A stretch of 64,000 bases of DNA from Podarcis liolepis (lineage: Eukaryota): NCBI GenBank assembly GCA_965112155.1, contig OZ218105.1. One strand, 5' to 3'. The position numbers were made by a program, and so were the translations under genes. Shown here in pieces: positions 12,790 through 26,837 of the stretch. Numbering within the stretch: position 1 is the stretch's first letter; the number at the start of each line of letters is the position of its first letter. The notes below the pieces were generated by a model, which was not told the DNA's origin, ran no database searches, and saw nothing but the letters and a program-made list of their open reading frames with translations.

Positions 12790-13583
12790 GGTAAATGGAT
12801 CACATCCTGTCATGCTCCAGCATCGTCATCAGGGTGCAGCCAAGTCCAAAACAAACTCAGAACTGGGTTGGAGAGAACTAAGCTATTTTCTGAGTTTGGG
12901 AGAAACTTGGGGTGTTTTTTAAGAGCCCAGTTCTGACCAAGAGGAGTTTGCCCACCGCTAGTCACAAGTAGCACAGGCAGCCTGAACAAGAACTGGAGGT
13001 CCTGTAGACTTAGCTTTGGCATAACATCTGGCCTGTGACTTCCACATTGTGTGGCCATCTGCTTCTGATTTACTAGGTTAGAGAGAAAACCCAAGCACAG
13101 GAGGTGAGCTGTATATGTTCTGTAATGTGCACATTAGAATAGCACTGAATTGTGGTGTTATAATAAAGAGTTGTATATGAAGGAGGGTGCAAGTAAGTGC
13201 ATTTAGGATTGCAGCCTTAGTTTGTTGTAATTGCAATTGTAATATTTGTGGTCCAATCCTATACACCAAGTGTGTAGTACCTTTGGCCTTCCAGAAATTG
13301 TTGAACTACAATTCCCATCAGCCCCAGCAAGCATGGCCAATTTCAGCAAGATTTGGAGCGCCACAGGTTCCCTACATCTGCTGCACGCACACATCTGAAG
13401 TCCCATTGAACTAAGTGGTGCTTACCTCTGAGTAGACTTGAATAGGATTGCACCTTCAATATCTTAATTAAGATAATAAGGCTATACAGACAAAATTCCA
13501 AACTCACCTGAGATCATTTTCCACGAATGTTTCCATTAGAGCACTTTGCTAATATAATTAGTTGGTCAAACATATACAGGCTT

Positions 13584-13622
<39 letters not shown>
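13584..13622. repeat. (TAG)n microsatellite
   Basis: 13 units, read directly. Confidence 0.97.
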
Positions 13623-13623
<1 letters not shown>

Positions 13624-14205
13624 TGTAAGAATGCAGTGTGTGGACATTAGTGACAAAGCTCCCTTTACTGAAGTACTTTTATATTAACAGAGTATCTCAG
13701 CATCAGAAGTGTTGCCCTCTTTTTTAATGTACCTAAAATGGTTCAGTAATAATTCAAACCGGTTAATGGAAACAAGTCCTGTTTTGCTTTCCAGAACCAT
13801 TGATTAATGCAATAAAGATTGCAGGGTAACCAAGTAGGTCAGCAACCCTGCAGTGAGACGTTGCATCAGGCATATAACATACGTCCATAGCATGTGCATA
13901 TAGTTAACATTTCACATCACAGTAGGATGAATTGCCTTACCATGGTTCCCTATTTAGAATTTTATCACTTTTCCAGGCTTCTGTAACTGATAGATGTTCA
14001 ATTATATGTAAAGTGACTATTAAAGCATCAGTACTCATCTAGGGGTCTAGGTCTCCTCTCCCCTTTTCTCTTGAAATTGTGTTAAAGCTATTAGTGTTAC
14101 AAAGAAACGTGCATTCATCAGGTATAGCGATGGAGGCCAGGGTGCATATTACAGCTTTTACTGCATATGAGACGTTGCAGTCCTGTTCTTAAGAACTGCC
14201 AGGCA

Positions 14206-14441
14206 NNNNNNNNNNNNNNNNNNNNNNNNNNNNNNNNNNNNNNNNNNNNNNNNNNNNNNNNNNNNNNNNNNNNNNNNNNNNNNNNNNNNNNNNNNNNNNN
14301 NNNNNNNNNNNNNNNNNNNNNNNNNNNNNNNNNNNNNNNNNNNNNNNNNNNNNNNNNNNNNNNNNNNNNNNNNNNNNNNNNNNNNNNNNNNNNNNNNNNN
14401 NNNNNNNNNNNNNNNNNNNNNNNNNNNNNNNNNNNNNNNNN
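14206..14441. other. Assembly gap (236 N)
   Basis: Run of n. Confidence 0.99.
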
Positions 14442-14692
14442 TGCTATAGCCAGTGGTGCTCAGAGGGAGAGCAGAGAAAGGAGGGGCTGTGGAGGGGGAG
14501 GAGGCAATGTAGGGCTAAATTAAACAAAACAAAAAAAAGGGTTTTGTAAGTAAGTAGAGTTCAGCCTGTACCTGTTAGCACACTGCTACTAATTGTGCCA
14601 GAAGTGTTGGAATCTAAGTTTCAGTGTGTGATTAAAGAATTGGTTCAGAATCTCTCTGCATAGCCTTAATTTTTTCAAGGTTCTTTGGGTGC

Positions 14693-14832
14693 NNNNNNNN
14701 NNNNNNNNNNNNNNNNNNNNNNNNNNNNNNNNNNNNNNNNNNNNNNNNNNNNNNNNNNNNNNNNNNNNNNNNNNNNNNNNNNNNNNNNNNNNNNNNNNNN
14801 NNNNNNNNNNNNNNNNNNNNNNNNNNNNNNNN
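14693..14832. other. Assembly gap (140 N)
   Basis: Run of n. Confidence 0.99.
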
Positions 14833-15093
14833 GGTCATTCTAGAATAAACCTTTAACAAATTGCATAAAGGAAACTTATTATTCCACAAGTAGAGGGCTA
14901 TGCAGCTTTTCTTATTATTTTTTCTGCTTGATTCAAAAAGTTGTTGAGACATGATAGGGAAAGGAAACAAAAAAAATAAAGTAAAATAGAAAACTACAAG
15001 CAGTGAACATTCCTATGATGGTTATGATTTTGTTGCTACTAAAAATATTCTCCAATAATGTGGTTATTCATCTTCTCTCTCTTTTGGGTGAAG

Positions 15094-15215
15094 AATTCGC
15101 TCCAACAAGAAAATGCTTTTGTTGGTTGGTGGACTGCCCCCTGGACCTGACCGGCTACCCAGCAATTTGGTTCAGTATTATGATGATGAAAAGAAGACAT
15201 GGAAAATACTGACAA
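15094..15215 (+). CDS. KLHL14: Kelch-like protein 14, internal coding exon (first in window)
   Basis: aag| acceptor, |gtaag donor. Encodes (R)IRSNKKMLLLVGGLPPGPDRLPSNLVQYYDDEKKTWKILT, recognised as KLHL14 kelch repeat 1. 122 nt; phase joins the next exon. Confidence 0.95.
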
Positions 15216-18200
15216 GTAAGCAGTTTACTTTACGTTGAATTACCTTGATGAATTTTAAAACATGGTTAATCAAATTAGACACTTTATTGATTTGCTTCCC
15301 TACAGAGATTTGTTTATATATTACACAGGTTTCACAATGGAAGAGTAAATTGAGATTGTAGGAGATAGTACCTGTACAACAGAACAAGCCTAAATTAAAT
15401 CTGTCTTAAAATCATTTTAGTATGCTTATAGTGAAAACTGGCAAAGCTTTCTTAAATAAACCTGCCTCCTCCTCTAGGTACCTTTGCCTTTTATTACAGT
15501 GTATATTATATGCTGTGGACACAATCCAGCCAGTTAAGACCAAGCGCCACTAATTTAAGTAGGAGAGTTCAAAACATGCCTAGATCACTCACACGGAAAC
15601 TGATGCGACTTGGAAATTCCTAGCTTTCTAATTGGATTGTGTCCTATTTATATTATACTTTAGAGCTCATGGCATATTGCATTGTACTGCATACCCTTTT
15701 ACACCACTCATGTCATAGAGAATTGCCCCCTCCCTCCCGTTGTGGTCTTCCACAGCTCTCACTGACACAGCCAGGTATCAGTGGTACAGGTCAGCTTCAG
15801 TAAACTGTACTGGCAGGTTTTCTATCCAGATCTGTCACCTTCTTTCTCAACAGCAACTATGTTTTACAGCAAGCATTTTGTCTTAAGCTTTGGAACTTAT
15901 TGTTATAGTGGTTACGATTTCCAATCTAACGTGGTCATGGAATCAAATAATAGTGTTTTTTCCTGGTGCAGTAGGCTGTGTATTTACTGGTCCCCTTGTG
16001 GGCAGACTAGCTGCACTGGTCAATAAAACTACATTTTTAACTGTCAGAATTGCCTAAAGCTGTTCAGATAAAATTATAAACGAGCAATTCTGATCCATAA
16101 ATCAAAGCCATACTTTAAAAGCCGGACAACTTGTGAAACTTAGATTTTCTAACAGAAATGCTGTTTCCCAGGCAGCCTGATCCTAAGAGGCCACTTTACC
16201 TGCAGTGGAGCAAACACAAGCTTGGTGCCGGGGGGGGGGGGGGGGAGATGTACCATGAAGGGAACAGCACCAGTACAATAGCTCCAACTACTGCCAGTGC
16301 TCAAAGGTACTAATTGTGCCCATGACACCTTAGTGACCCATCTCATGTTCCTTAGTATCTTAGAAAATTATATCACTTTTCTCAGGACTCAAGTGTAGTT
16401 TCAAACTGCAACACTGGACACAGTTGTGTATGTGTATATACATGTATTACTACTGGCTTCCATTTTTTTGCCTCCCTTTGGGATGACCAGAGTCACAGAT
16501 TTTTCATAGTACTGAAGAGGGCATGTTTGGCAGATGCAGGTTCTCATAGAGTGAAAATGTGCATTTAGCAAAATATATTGTTCTATACCACTTTTATCCT
16601 CATTTGTATGTGTTTATACTTTCCTTCCTTCCCTAGTTGTTTAAAAGAAGAGATTTATACAACAACCAAATAAGGTGTCATAGCTTTCAGGTTTACAGGA
16701 ATTGCTGTGTTTCACTTACACAAGATGTACCACCAATTGAATTTCATCTGTAAAAAGAAAGTATATCAGAGTATACATAGTATGTTTACATTGGAAGATC
16801 TTTCTTTTAAAAAAAGAAAAACTAATTATATACAGTAAAATATTAGTCTGAAAAAAAGACTCAGTTTGCTTCTGAGATTGCGCTTCTGAGATTGATTGTA
16901 CAGTAGAGTTGTTCTCAGGCAGGAGCAAATGAAAGAGAACTCACTGTGGAATATGTACATCAGGAATCTCACTTGCAATGCAGCACCAAATGAAATATTT
17001 ATCAAATGCATACTTACTGCTTTTAAAGACTTGACTGTCACTTTTAATTCACTGGTCTCATACAATGTAGGGAAAGTATTTGGTGCTTCCAGACTGGAGT
17101 CTCCCAAAACCACTCAACTGTTGTTTCCCCTCTATATATGCTGTATGAAGAATTATAACTGACTTGGCAGGTGTGTTGGTGGCTAGCACTGAGTATGCAC
17201 AATCAAAAGGAAAATAAAGCGCCAAACCAGAATATTGATCTAATATCTTTAGCAAAACTTACTGCTTTGGTCACCTCTGACACTAGTAGCCTCTGGTGTT
17301 GCAGGTTGCAGGACTCTGAATGGCAAATAAGAAAGACTAAACATAGCCTGGAAGTTGCTGTTAACAGCATTTTGGAAGTGGGGAGATAAGGTTGCCACAG
17401 AATCAATCAATGTTCTGTAAGCTTTCTGCAGCTCGGATATTGGAGGGAAGATGAGACGGCTCCACTTAGACACGGCCAGAGAAAACTTTGATAATCAGTT
17501 TTTAAAACCCTTTCTCCCCACCCCCAGATATGCACTAAAGGACTTCTTAAATCACACTGTAGTAACCCAGCTCAATAACATTAGGTAGAAGAAAAATATA
17601 AAAAGCAGCTGAAGAAAAACATATAATAAAATATTTAAACTAATTCACTTTCAATTAATGTACTTACTCTAAAAGACGATGTTTTCTCGTGAGACCAAAG
17701 GGAAGAACACACTCAGGTGATGTGATTTTCACCACATGAATAGGTTGCAAACATGCTTTCTGAGGCCATTGTTTTAGAACCCATTATAAAGTTACTTTTG
17801 TAACTGTATCCTAGGAAACGGTGCTAATGGATACTGAACATGCCACTACAGAGGCTACAGTTTGTGGAGCACCTCTGAAATCATTCTGTCTGTAGGGATG
17901 ATTTGAGGTCTCCAGGATCCAGGCCTCCTGGAAGTTATCTATAGTGTCTCTATCAGATCATTATCAGTGTCATTGTGGCAAGCAAGTGAACACATAAATT
18001 CTGGGGCATCAAGAAGCAGCTCGTTGGGTGGAGCAGAGCCACTACACTACGTAGCTTCCTGGCAGGCGGATCACAGTTGCTTACTGGGACAGAGAGGGCA
18101 AAGCGGCACAGTGGTCTGCATAGTGCAAATGCACCATTGAAGTCAGATACCATGCCAACCTCACCACCACTGACTCCTTCCTTCCTGGTAAGCAACAGTA

Positions 18201-19026
18201 GCCCATTTGCCAGGAAGCGACTGTAGCGCCTTTGCCCCACCCAGCAAATTGCTTCCAGAGGGATACCTTTGCATCTGGGATCCCTTCTGTGGCACTTATG
18301 GGCACTGTAGTCTCCTAAACACCCCCAGTGGTGCCCACCATGCCTGCCCCACCACTCCTGATTTTTATTTATATTTCCACAGAATGTATCCAGCCTCAAG
18401 TGAGCCCAAAGGCATTCTTCCTAGGAAGGGAAAGAAAGAGTCTGGGGCTACTGGAAGCCCTTTTGTCTTTGAGGGATGTAGGTGTTTGGCCTGTGTGAAC
18501 ATTACCAGCTTTTCTTCAGTGCTATGGGTATTGGTGCCTGTGAGAGTTTCCTAGATTTCCATATCTTCTTTATGCTGCGTCATCTTGGCATCTGTAGAAC
18601 TAGACAGTAGTGAGAGAGAGGCCATAAGCATAATTGGATGAATGCTTTGATGTTCTCATAGGACTAAGGAAAATGTTATGTTGGAACTATGGATCTTGGA
18701 GACATGATCAAACATAGAATCAGATGTGAGATTTTGGATGAGTGGGGAGGTGCATCCTTCCTATATCTTTTTCCCCATTTCTAAGAGGAAAAGCAATATC
18801 TGGCTGCATCAGTTGATTTATTTCATAGAATAGTTAAACAAATCATAAATGCTGGACTCCATAAGAAATGGCCTAGCCAGACCTATGAAGACAGCTGCAG
18901 GCTTAGTGTGGATGTCGTGCATGGCAAGGAAATGTTCTTGCTTTGCCTGGTTTGATTTTTGGATATATGCTACACAACATCCCTCAAGTATTTCTATTAA
19001 TAGAAATAATTGCACTTTTCTTAGAA

Positions 19027-19211
19027 CAGCAGTACTCCGTGTGGTGGTGGTCCACAGACTGATGCTGGTCCATGAGCCATAGGATGCAGTCCCCTGCAGC
19101 TCCACCACAGCCCAGGTTGGGTGGGACACTTCAGGAACTAAATATGGTACCATGACTTGGCACATTGGGGGGGATGCAGTTCCACCATATCAGCTAGCTT
19201 GAGAAGCACTG
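19027..19211. mobile_element. hAT (Charlie-like) MITE
   Basis: Right end ttgagaagcactg, degenerate left end cagcagtactc; 8-bp TSD tcttagaa on both sides. Confidence 0.65.
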
Positions 19212-19228
19212 TCTTAGAAGTACAGGGC

Positions 19229-19400
19229 ACATACAGAAACATATGAAGCCAGATGATTAGTCAGTTTAGCTCTGTACTGTCTTCTGTGACACACAGTGGT
19301 TCTCCAGGGTTTCAGACAGCAAACTTACGCCTACCTGTAGAGGCCAGTGACTGAACTTAGGACCTTCTGCAATCAAACCTACTGAGATATGGCCCCTCCC
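19229..19400 (-). mobile_element. tRNA-derived squamate SINE, degenerate
   Basis: Minus-strand head gggaggggccatatctcagtagg; body ctgaaaccctggagaacc shared with 23169-23324. Confidence 0.6.
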
Positions 19401-21703
19401 AATCTTAGTCATGGAACCAGAGGAGGAAGCATGGGGCTGCTTCCAGTTTTAAATGACATATTGGAAGGGGGGAAAGATTCAAAGGAATTGAGATTTTAGT
19501 GTGAAATACAACATCACATGCACATGCATGGTACTTTTAAATGATTGTATTTTTCATAGGATATCTGGAAACAAAGGAAAAGGAGACTGAAGGGTGCAAG
19601 CAAATATATCTTATTTTGAACAAGTGTTTTTATCTCATTTGTGTTCTGCAAGTTAAGTGAAAATGCTAAATGCAGAAAAAAGCTTCTTTGCTGACTCACA
19701 CGTTGTTCTCAAACACAGGGCCTGCACAAAACATGCATTTAAAATAAACGAGTATTATCTGCGACATATAGCAAAATTGGGTGGTTCAGAGTAGCAGCAA
19801 AAGCTTTGCATTGTTGACTGTGACTTTATCACTATAAATACTCTCATTATACTTTAAATTGAGTTTGGAATCTGCTTAACACTGGAGTTTTTACACATCA
19901 GTCAAATGAAAAGCAGAGGCTGCTGTTTATATTGTAGTCGGATTATGTAATATTTACGACAATGTTTTTGTTCAGTCCTTTTTAAAAAAATATTTGGCTG
20001 AATTTTAATGAACAGTATTGCTTCACTTGTTAGAAATAAACCTGCAAGAGATAAAGAATATATAGATTTCTTATATTTCTGGTTGTGGAGTTCTTCCAAA
20101 AATTTCCTTAACACCAAGGCAATGATGTATTACTTTTACTTACATTATATGTTTTTAATCAGAGCGAGACTTCACCCTAGACAAAGCGATGCTTTCTGCA
20201 TGGTCTCACTTGTTTTTGCTAAAATCTTTTGACATGATTAATTTTACTTTAATGCTTTTGTCTTGTTGTACTGGTTAAGAAGATGAGGATGAACCAGGGC
20301 TAAAACACATGCTGTTCTATCCTGATATCGCTGAGGTGTTTTTTTTAAAAAAAAATCTTAGTGGGCTTAAAAAAAAAATGAATCCAATCGGAATTAGATT
20401 TCTTGCTAGTATGCAATTTTGAAAAGAAGATGTCATTACTGGTTGTTAGTTTTATTACTGGTGTTTCTTTAATAATATCACCAGTATAATATCATTAGTG
20501 GCTACAAAGGAGATTGAATTTTACACCAAGACTCTAGCCACATTTGCCAAGGAATGAACTAAGCCAACATTCTCATTCATCAAGCTCCCAGTCACCCAGG
20601 TTTTTCCTCATACTGCCATCATCCCACAGGCAAAAGGATATTGCCACATCCTTGCTGGTGCAATGTCATGCTTCCCTAATGCAAGACTGGGGAGCAATCT
20701 AATTCTGTGCAGTGGGGGGAAATGGACTCTTGCTAGTTTTATCCCAAGCAGGGTAGATTCTTTGGCAGTGCATGTTGAGATTGCATGGAGACACCTGAAT
20801 AGGGTTTAGAAGGTGTTGTTTTTCAAGTCAGTTAATCTTTTGTTAATTTAATGGGAGGAAGATGGTTGCCAAATGCTTGAAGCAGGGTTTTGAGCTCTAA
20901 GGCCAACTCTTAAGGCAAGTTTCTGCTCTATAACCAACCCTTAGCACTTGTTTTTATCCTCTCTTCCATTTTACTTCTTAACTCCTTTTAGTGCTTCTTT
21001 TTGTTGTCTTAATTTATTGTTTTATCTCCTCTTTTTATTGTTCTAACTCCCCTAAACTGTGAAGCTGCATGAAGCTGGGCTGGGCTGAGCACTTTGCTAG
21101 GCAGTGCCAAACGCAAGGTCAAGCCAAAGTTTACAAGATACTAGTTATAAATTAAGGAAGAGAAACATCTTGATTAATGATTTACAGGCAATTCCCCATT
21201 TACACGTGTTTGAGACACGTGCATCGCCATCAGTCTGGAAGTGGCACTTAAAGGGGCAAAATTGCGCCCCCCCAAAAGAGCGAACATGGCATGAAAACAG
21301 CATCTAACAATCCCACAAGCTTTTGCAAGTGCTATCCCAGGAGTGCTGCTGATTTTTAAAAAGGGTTTCTCAAGAGTTCCCAGAGGTTTATAGGGTTCAG
21401 TGGTGGTCCCAATATACATGATTTCACATAAATGTGTGGTGCCTTGGAATGTAACCCCTGCATGCATGAGGAGTTGCCTGTACATTTCTTGCCTATCCCC
21501 CAGAGGGATAGTTTGCATTATAGCATGTATGGAAACAGCATGTAAAATTATACATTTAAAATTACACATTATAAAATAGGCAAGGATCAACTAGATTATA
21601 TAATCCCAACACCCCTCCCTCATTTCCTTTCAGTCATCTAGATGAGACAAGGGTTTAAAATATGCATTTATTTTTAAAAAAATAAATGCATAAATGCATT
21701 ATA

Positions 21704-21945
21704 CAGTGGTACCTCAGGTTACATACGCTTCAGGTTACATACGCTTCAGGTCACAGACTCTGCTAACCCAGAAATAGTACCACAGGTAAAGAACTTTGCT
21801 TCAGGATGAGAACAGAAATCGTGCTCTTGCGGCACAGCGGCAGCAGGAGGCACCATTAGCTAAAGTGGTGCTTCAGGTTAAGAATGGTTTCAGGTTAAGA
21901 ACGTACCTCTGGAACAAATTAAGTACTTAACCCGAGGTACCACTG
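21704..21945. mobile_element. Tc1/mariner (Tigger/pogo-like) MITE
   Basis: TA flanks; TIRs cagtggtacctcaggtta / taacccgaggtaccactg; internal ttcaggtta repeats. Confidence 0.88.
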
Positions 21946-22889
21946 TAATGCTACCTCTTTAAAGAGAGTATTTAAATTGGGGTTGCTGGTTTGCCGCTCC
22001 TTGCTGCTTTTCTGCCATAAGGGTGCATTTTTCAGCTCCTGAATACTTTGCCATTTCTGTTCCTGAACATGAGACAGAGCCAATGAATCCTTTAGGCATT
22101 TGCTCAAAATTAGTGTTAAAAAGGCACAGCAAATTGCTTTGATTAGTCATAGAATAATAGGGACAAAGGAGGAAATTGGGGTGAATAATCTCTTGATATG
22201 TCCCCATTATACTGTTTGAAGATTGACAGTTTTCATTTATCATAGTTGTGCACAAACTATACACATTTTGACACCCAAATTTAATTTGATGAACAATTCT
22301 CAGTGGCCCCAATAAATTCTCTGCATCTCACTTTATTCACTCAGCAGTTGCAAGCACCAGGGCTTCTGATTCAGTGCTGTGTTAAGGTTGGTCTCAGCCC
22401 TGCATTGTAAAGCTTGAGCAAGCACTGGCACATTACTAAAGCAGCAGCCTCAACACTGTGTGCTAGACAGCTTTAATGAAGGCTTTGGATATCTGAAGAA
22501 CTAATGACTCCCCTAGAACATGCAATTGTTGTACTTAGAAATGCAGTATTTACATCAGTCTGTCTTCGTGTAACTGTTGTTTTTAAAAGCTTATCCACCA
22601 TGTCTGCCTCAAAAAGTATCAAAAACAGCTCACATCATAATAAAAATGCACAGGCAATGGCAAAACAAATAGGAACTTAGACAGCTGCTTGTTACCAGGG
22701 CCATTGGTTTCATTTAATATTTGTATGCCACTTTTCCAGCAACAAAGTTTAGCTCAAAGCAGTTCATAACAATAACAAACCATTAACAAATGAAAGCAAC
22801 AAAATAATATCAAAAAAGACACAAAAGCATATCATGGCCAGCAATAATAATAATAAACCTGTTAGCACATTTCCAAATAGTATGGTTTC

Positions 22890-22990
22890 AAATTGGATGG
22901 GAGACCATGTGTTGAGATTCTTGCATTGCAGGGGGTTGGACTAGATGACCCTCAGGGTTCCTTCCACCTGTGCAGTTGTATGATTCTATG
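22890..22990 (+). mobile_element. SINE fragment: 5S-like motif plus CR1-type tail
   Basis: ttggatgggagacc (5S rRNA C-box region) followed by gattcttgcattgcagggggttggactagatgaccctc...tgattctatg. Confidence 0.6.
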
Positions 22991-23168
22991 GCTCATTGTG
23001 CAGAAACACACAATTCAGTAAAAAATGATGAGGTCCAATACAAGCCCTTTCTAATTGAAAAATAACCTATGAAAAATGCCTATTAAGCACCAGCCCAGAG
23101 CCAGTTTGCATAATCCCTCCTGTGAAGCTTCTTTTGAAGTTTCAGGCACTGACCTAAATGGGCATAAT

Positions 23169-23324
23169 GTCCATCTAGCTCAGTATTGTCTACACTGGCT
23201 AACAGCAGCTCTCCAGGGTTTCAGACGGTGGATATTCCCAGCCTTACCTAGACATGTCAGGGATCAAACCTATGAGCTTTTGGGTAGGAAATATGTACCC
23301 TACCGCTGAGCTATGGCCTCTCCC
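23169..23324 (-). mobile_element. tRNA-derived squamate SINE
   Basis: Minus-strand head gggagaggccatagctcagcggtag...ggtttgatccctg; body ctgaaaccctggagagctgctg...gtgtagacaatactgagctagatggac. Confidence 0.68.
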
Positions 23325-26300
23325 TGGAATAAAATATCGATAAAATAAATAAAAGTACAAAAAAGAGACAGAAGCATAGAGCCTGATTAGCCCCCATTCT
23401 CCCTCACTATCCTTCATTGTGGACGCCAAGTCTGCCTTGCGTTCCTTTTAACCTGGTCCAGCAAACCAGAAAGCCAAAAGACAAATATAGCTAAAATTAG
23501 ATGAAGGGATCAAATTATAATAAAAGTGCAAATGTAAGATTGATTAGAAAATCAAGCCAATTTTCAAAAACTCATGGACTTACATTTCACATAAAAATGG
23601 CAGGGGGTGTTTCTGAAAGAAAAGAGGGCAGCAAGAGCGTGTGTGTTATGGTAGAGTTTAGTTATACAATGCCTGTGGCAAGCATGATGTATGGCTGCAT
23701 TCCTATTAATGATGCATGGCTGCATATCTAAGAATGAGAGAGAAAAGTTCTAAGGAAGAATGGAAATCCAGATTGTCACAACGTCAGTGGCATTTGTGAT
23801 TGAAATTTTATGTTTCCCATTTGAAATATCTTTCAATAACAATCAGAGCTTTCCCTAAATGTGTTTTGTTAGATGATAATATTATTGGATGCTGCTTTTA
23901 TACCCTTGTTATTTAGCTGAACATGTTTTAATATCTTGGATTGGGGTTTCCTCATGTTCTGATTTTCTTGCACAAACAAAAATTCCCAAGATATATGCGC
24001 TGTGTTAATTTTCTGTGACCATTTCCTCTCATTGCTTTTTTCAGGAAAGGAAAAGGTAAACTGTCTTTCCTTGTTTGGAAAACTCTGTTCATTTGCAGTA
24101 CTCACAACAAAGCAATTACTAGAGTAATGGAATGGCCTATGCTGCTAGGTCAAATTGCAGACTAGTGTGCTTATTTATGAGCAAATTCATTGGCAGGGAC
24201 TGAATGGGGAAGTGGAACCAGGTGTCCTTCTTGGAGAGCATTGCAAGATGGTAGCAGAGACTTGGGAGTCACATGGTTGCTAGATAGGTAAGACATGATG
24301 TCAGCAGCACTGTTCTACTCCCAGTTATTCCCTGGATATATCAAAGAGCAGATGAAGATACTCCAAACACAAACTAATGCAGTTTTTGTTATGGGCTGTT
24401 TCACTTGTTCAATATCTTCTGTGTACCCTGTTATAGTGCACCTATTTAGCACTTACGTCATAATGCTCAGCCTTTGGTCATCTTGTAGCTTCATTTCTTT
24501 CTGATTTTCCCAGCTTCCTGTGTTCCTTAAGAGAATCTCTGCATGCCTTCTAGCACATGCAAATAAAAGTCACCTTTACACCTCAAAAACTCTAAAGTTC
24601 AAGATATTCTTTAAAAATTGCTCTTCATGAAATCAGAAAACTGCCCATTTTCTGTGGATAGATTCAACATTTTAGTATTCCAGGTGTGGAATACCAAGGC
24701 GGAATAGGGTGGTACAGAACAGAGTGATACAGAGATTTAACATGTCTTGATAATTACAGTTGTTTCTTCCTTATCTGAAATCTCTGTAGGGACTCCTCTA
24801 CATAAAGGGAATCCTGACTGGCTGATTTCTCTTTATATGGAGAAGTCCTATACATGTTGACCCTACATGCATAAGGGCTGTTCTCACTGAAGCTGAGCAT
24901 ACACCACCAGAATCATGGCTTACTGGCATGATCTCACTCAACTCTCATGAGTTCGGTGAACATGTGTTGGGAATAATGTAGAATAAGGCTTCATACAGAC
25001 CATACAAATGAAACACTTATCTGCTGCTGTCTAGTTTTACCTTAAAAGATTGTGGCCAGGATCATTGTGGAGAAAAGACCAAGAGTGAGTCAAAGCCAGT
25101 GAACAAATCTAGTACAGTATAATGTAAGAAAATGAGTCAGTGATTCAGTGCTGGGAAGGCAAGTTAAACTGCTGAAAGGATTGATGCAAGCAAGACAGGG
25201 TCAAAACTAGGTGATATCCTAGCTGCAAATGGACTGATAAAGCTAAGCGAGAAAAATCGGCATATAGAGGAGTATATCAGGAGTAGTAGTTAGTGGTAGT
25301 ACAACAACTATATTGTGCTGTTTCCTGTTGAGGAATTTTGAGCACAATGTAAATACCATAGCAGCCACCTGGGGTTGCTATCTTTTTCTGGCAGGGCTCT
25401 TGAGCCTTTAATAGCTGCATGACAGGGAAAAATTGTACCAGAGAAACATTTCTGAGCATGGAAGTGCAATGAAGCGGAAATTGTCACCTGTTGAATTTCT
25501 GCTTGTCATACTGCTGTTAAAGGTAGGAATTCCTGCCATAAATAAACTTGGGAACCATATTCTTTTGAGAAGCAAACTGCACAGGATGCAGGATTGGAAA
25601 TACATTATGTATGGGGTAGCATTTTTGTAAGTCATCACTATCTCACTTTTAAAAAAAACACCAGAGGGATAGCATGCCAATCTCTTGCAGTAAAAACAAT
25701 CAATGTGTCTTGTGGCACCTTAAATTTATGTCATAAATGCATTGTAACATACATTTTTGAGGACCCAAACCCACGTTGTTAGATGCGTGAAGTGAATTCT
25801 TAGTAGGCAGGTATATAAAGGAGAAAATTGGAAGGTGGGAGTTGAACGGTAATGAAATGCAATCATTACAATCAGTGAGAATCAGAGTTTAAATCTATGT
25901 TAAATGGGCACAAAATTGGTGATAATTGCTAAAATTATTATATAACACTTCTAGAGGGATAGGGAATTATTTGCAAGAAACCGTCACAGATAGCGTGCAC
26001 AGGATTATTTTATATTTGTGTTCAATATTTATTGGTATTTTCACATAGCTATTTATTTATTTATAGTTACCAGTATATATAAACTTCTTTGAGGTTTTTG
26101 CGATAAAAGATATATGAATCTTGTTAAGTAAGTAAATAAATTTACTTAATAAAACAGATGACCTTTTTATAGCAAGATGTTTCAGTTTCTGCCTTCTTCT
26201 ACTGCTCTGGTGTGAATCAAAATCATGCTATAGACAAGGTGGCAGTTACAGAATTCTGAAGATGGAATTCTCAGAAGCTCTGATGTCAGATATTATCCTC

Positions 26301-26566
26301 CAGGTGTTAAGGTGTCAAGTCTACAGGTACATAAGTTTTCTCTTGTTTCCAATATCAGATGCATTTGGAGCAACAAAGAAAATTACCAAAGGACTGATGA
26401 ACTTAAAGTACATTGCTGTACCGAGGACATCCTCCACATGTAATTGATTGCTGCCACACATCCATGTAATCTGGGGAAACTCTAATCCATGAAAGTGAGG
26501 AGTCAGTCAACAAAGTAATACATATTCAGTTTTTGGTAGATTTCCATTCAGCATCTGGTAATCAGA

Positions 26567-26837
26567 GAGTGCTCACTGGAAGGACAGATCTTGAAGCTGA
26601 GGCTCCAATACTTTGGCCACCTAATGAGAAGAGAAGACTCCCTGGAAAAGACCCTGATGTTGGGAAAGATTGAGGGCACAAGGAGAAGGGATGACAGAGG
26701 ACGAGATGGTTGGACAGTGTTCTTGAAGCTACGAACGTGAGTTTGACCAAGCTGTGGGAGGCAGTGGAAGACAGGAGTGCCTGGCGTGCTCTGGTCCATG
26801 GGGTCATGAAGAGTTGGACACGACTAAACAACAACAA
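26567..26837 (+). mobile_element. RTE-BovB LINE 3' fragment
   Basis: Translates as ECSLEGQILKLRLQYFGHLMRREDSLEKTLMLGKIEG..., the BovB RT C-terminus; ends in a (caa)n tail. Confidence 0.92.

Noticed and set aside
12241-12936. 231-aa ORF
   Set aside because: Runs through the repetitive interior of a non-autonomous MITE; no transposase motifs.
14167-14970. ORFs spanning N runs (also 29998-30404)
   Set aside because: Artifacts of assembly gaps.
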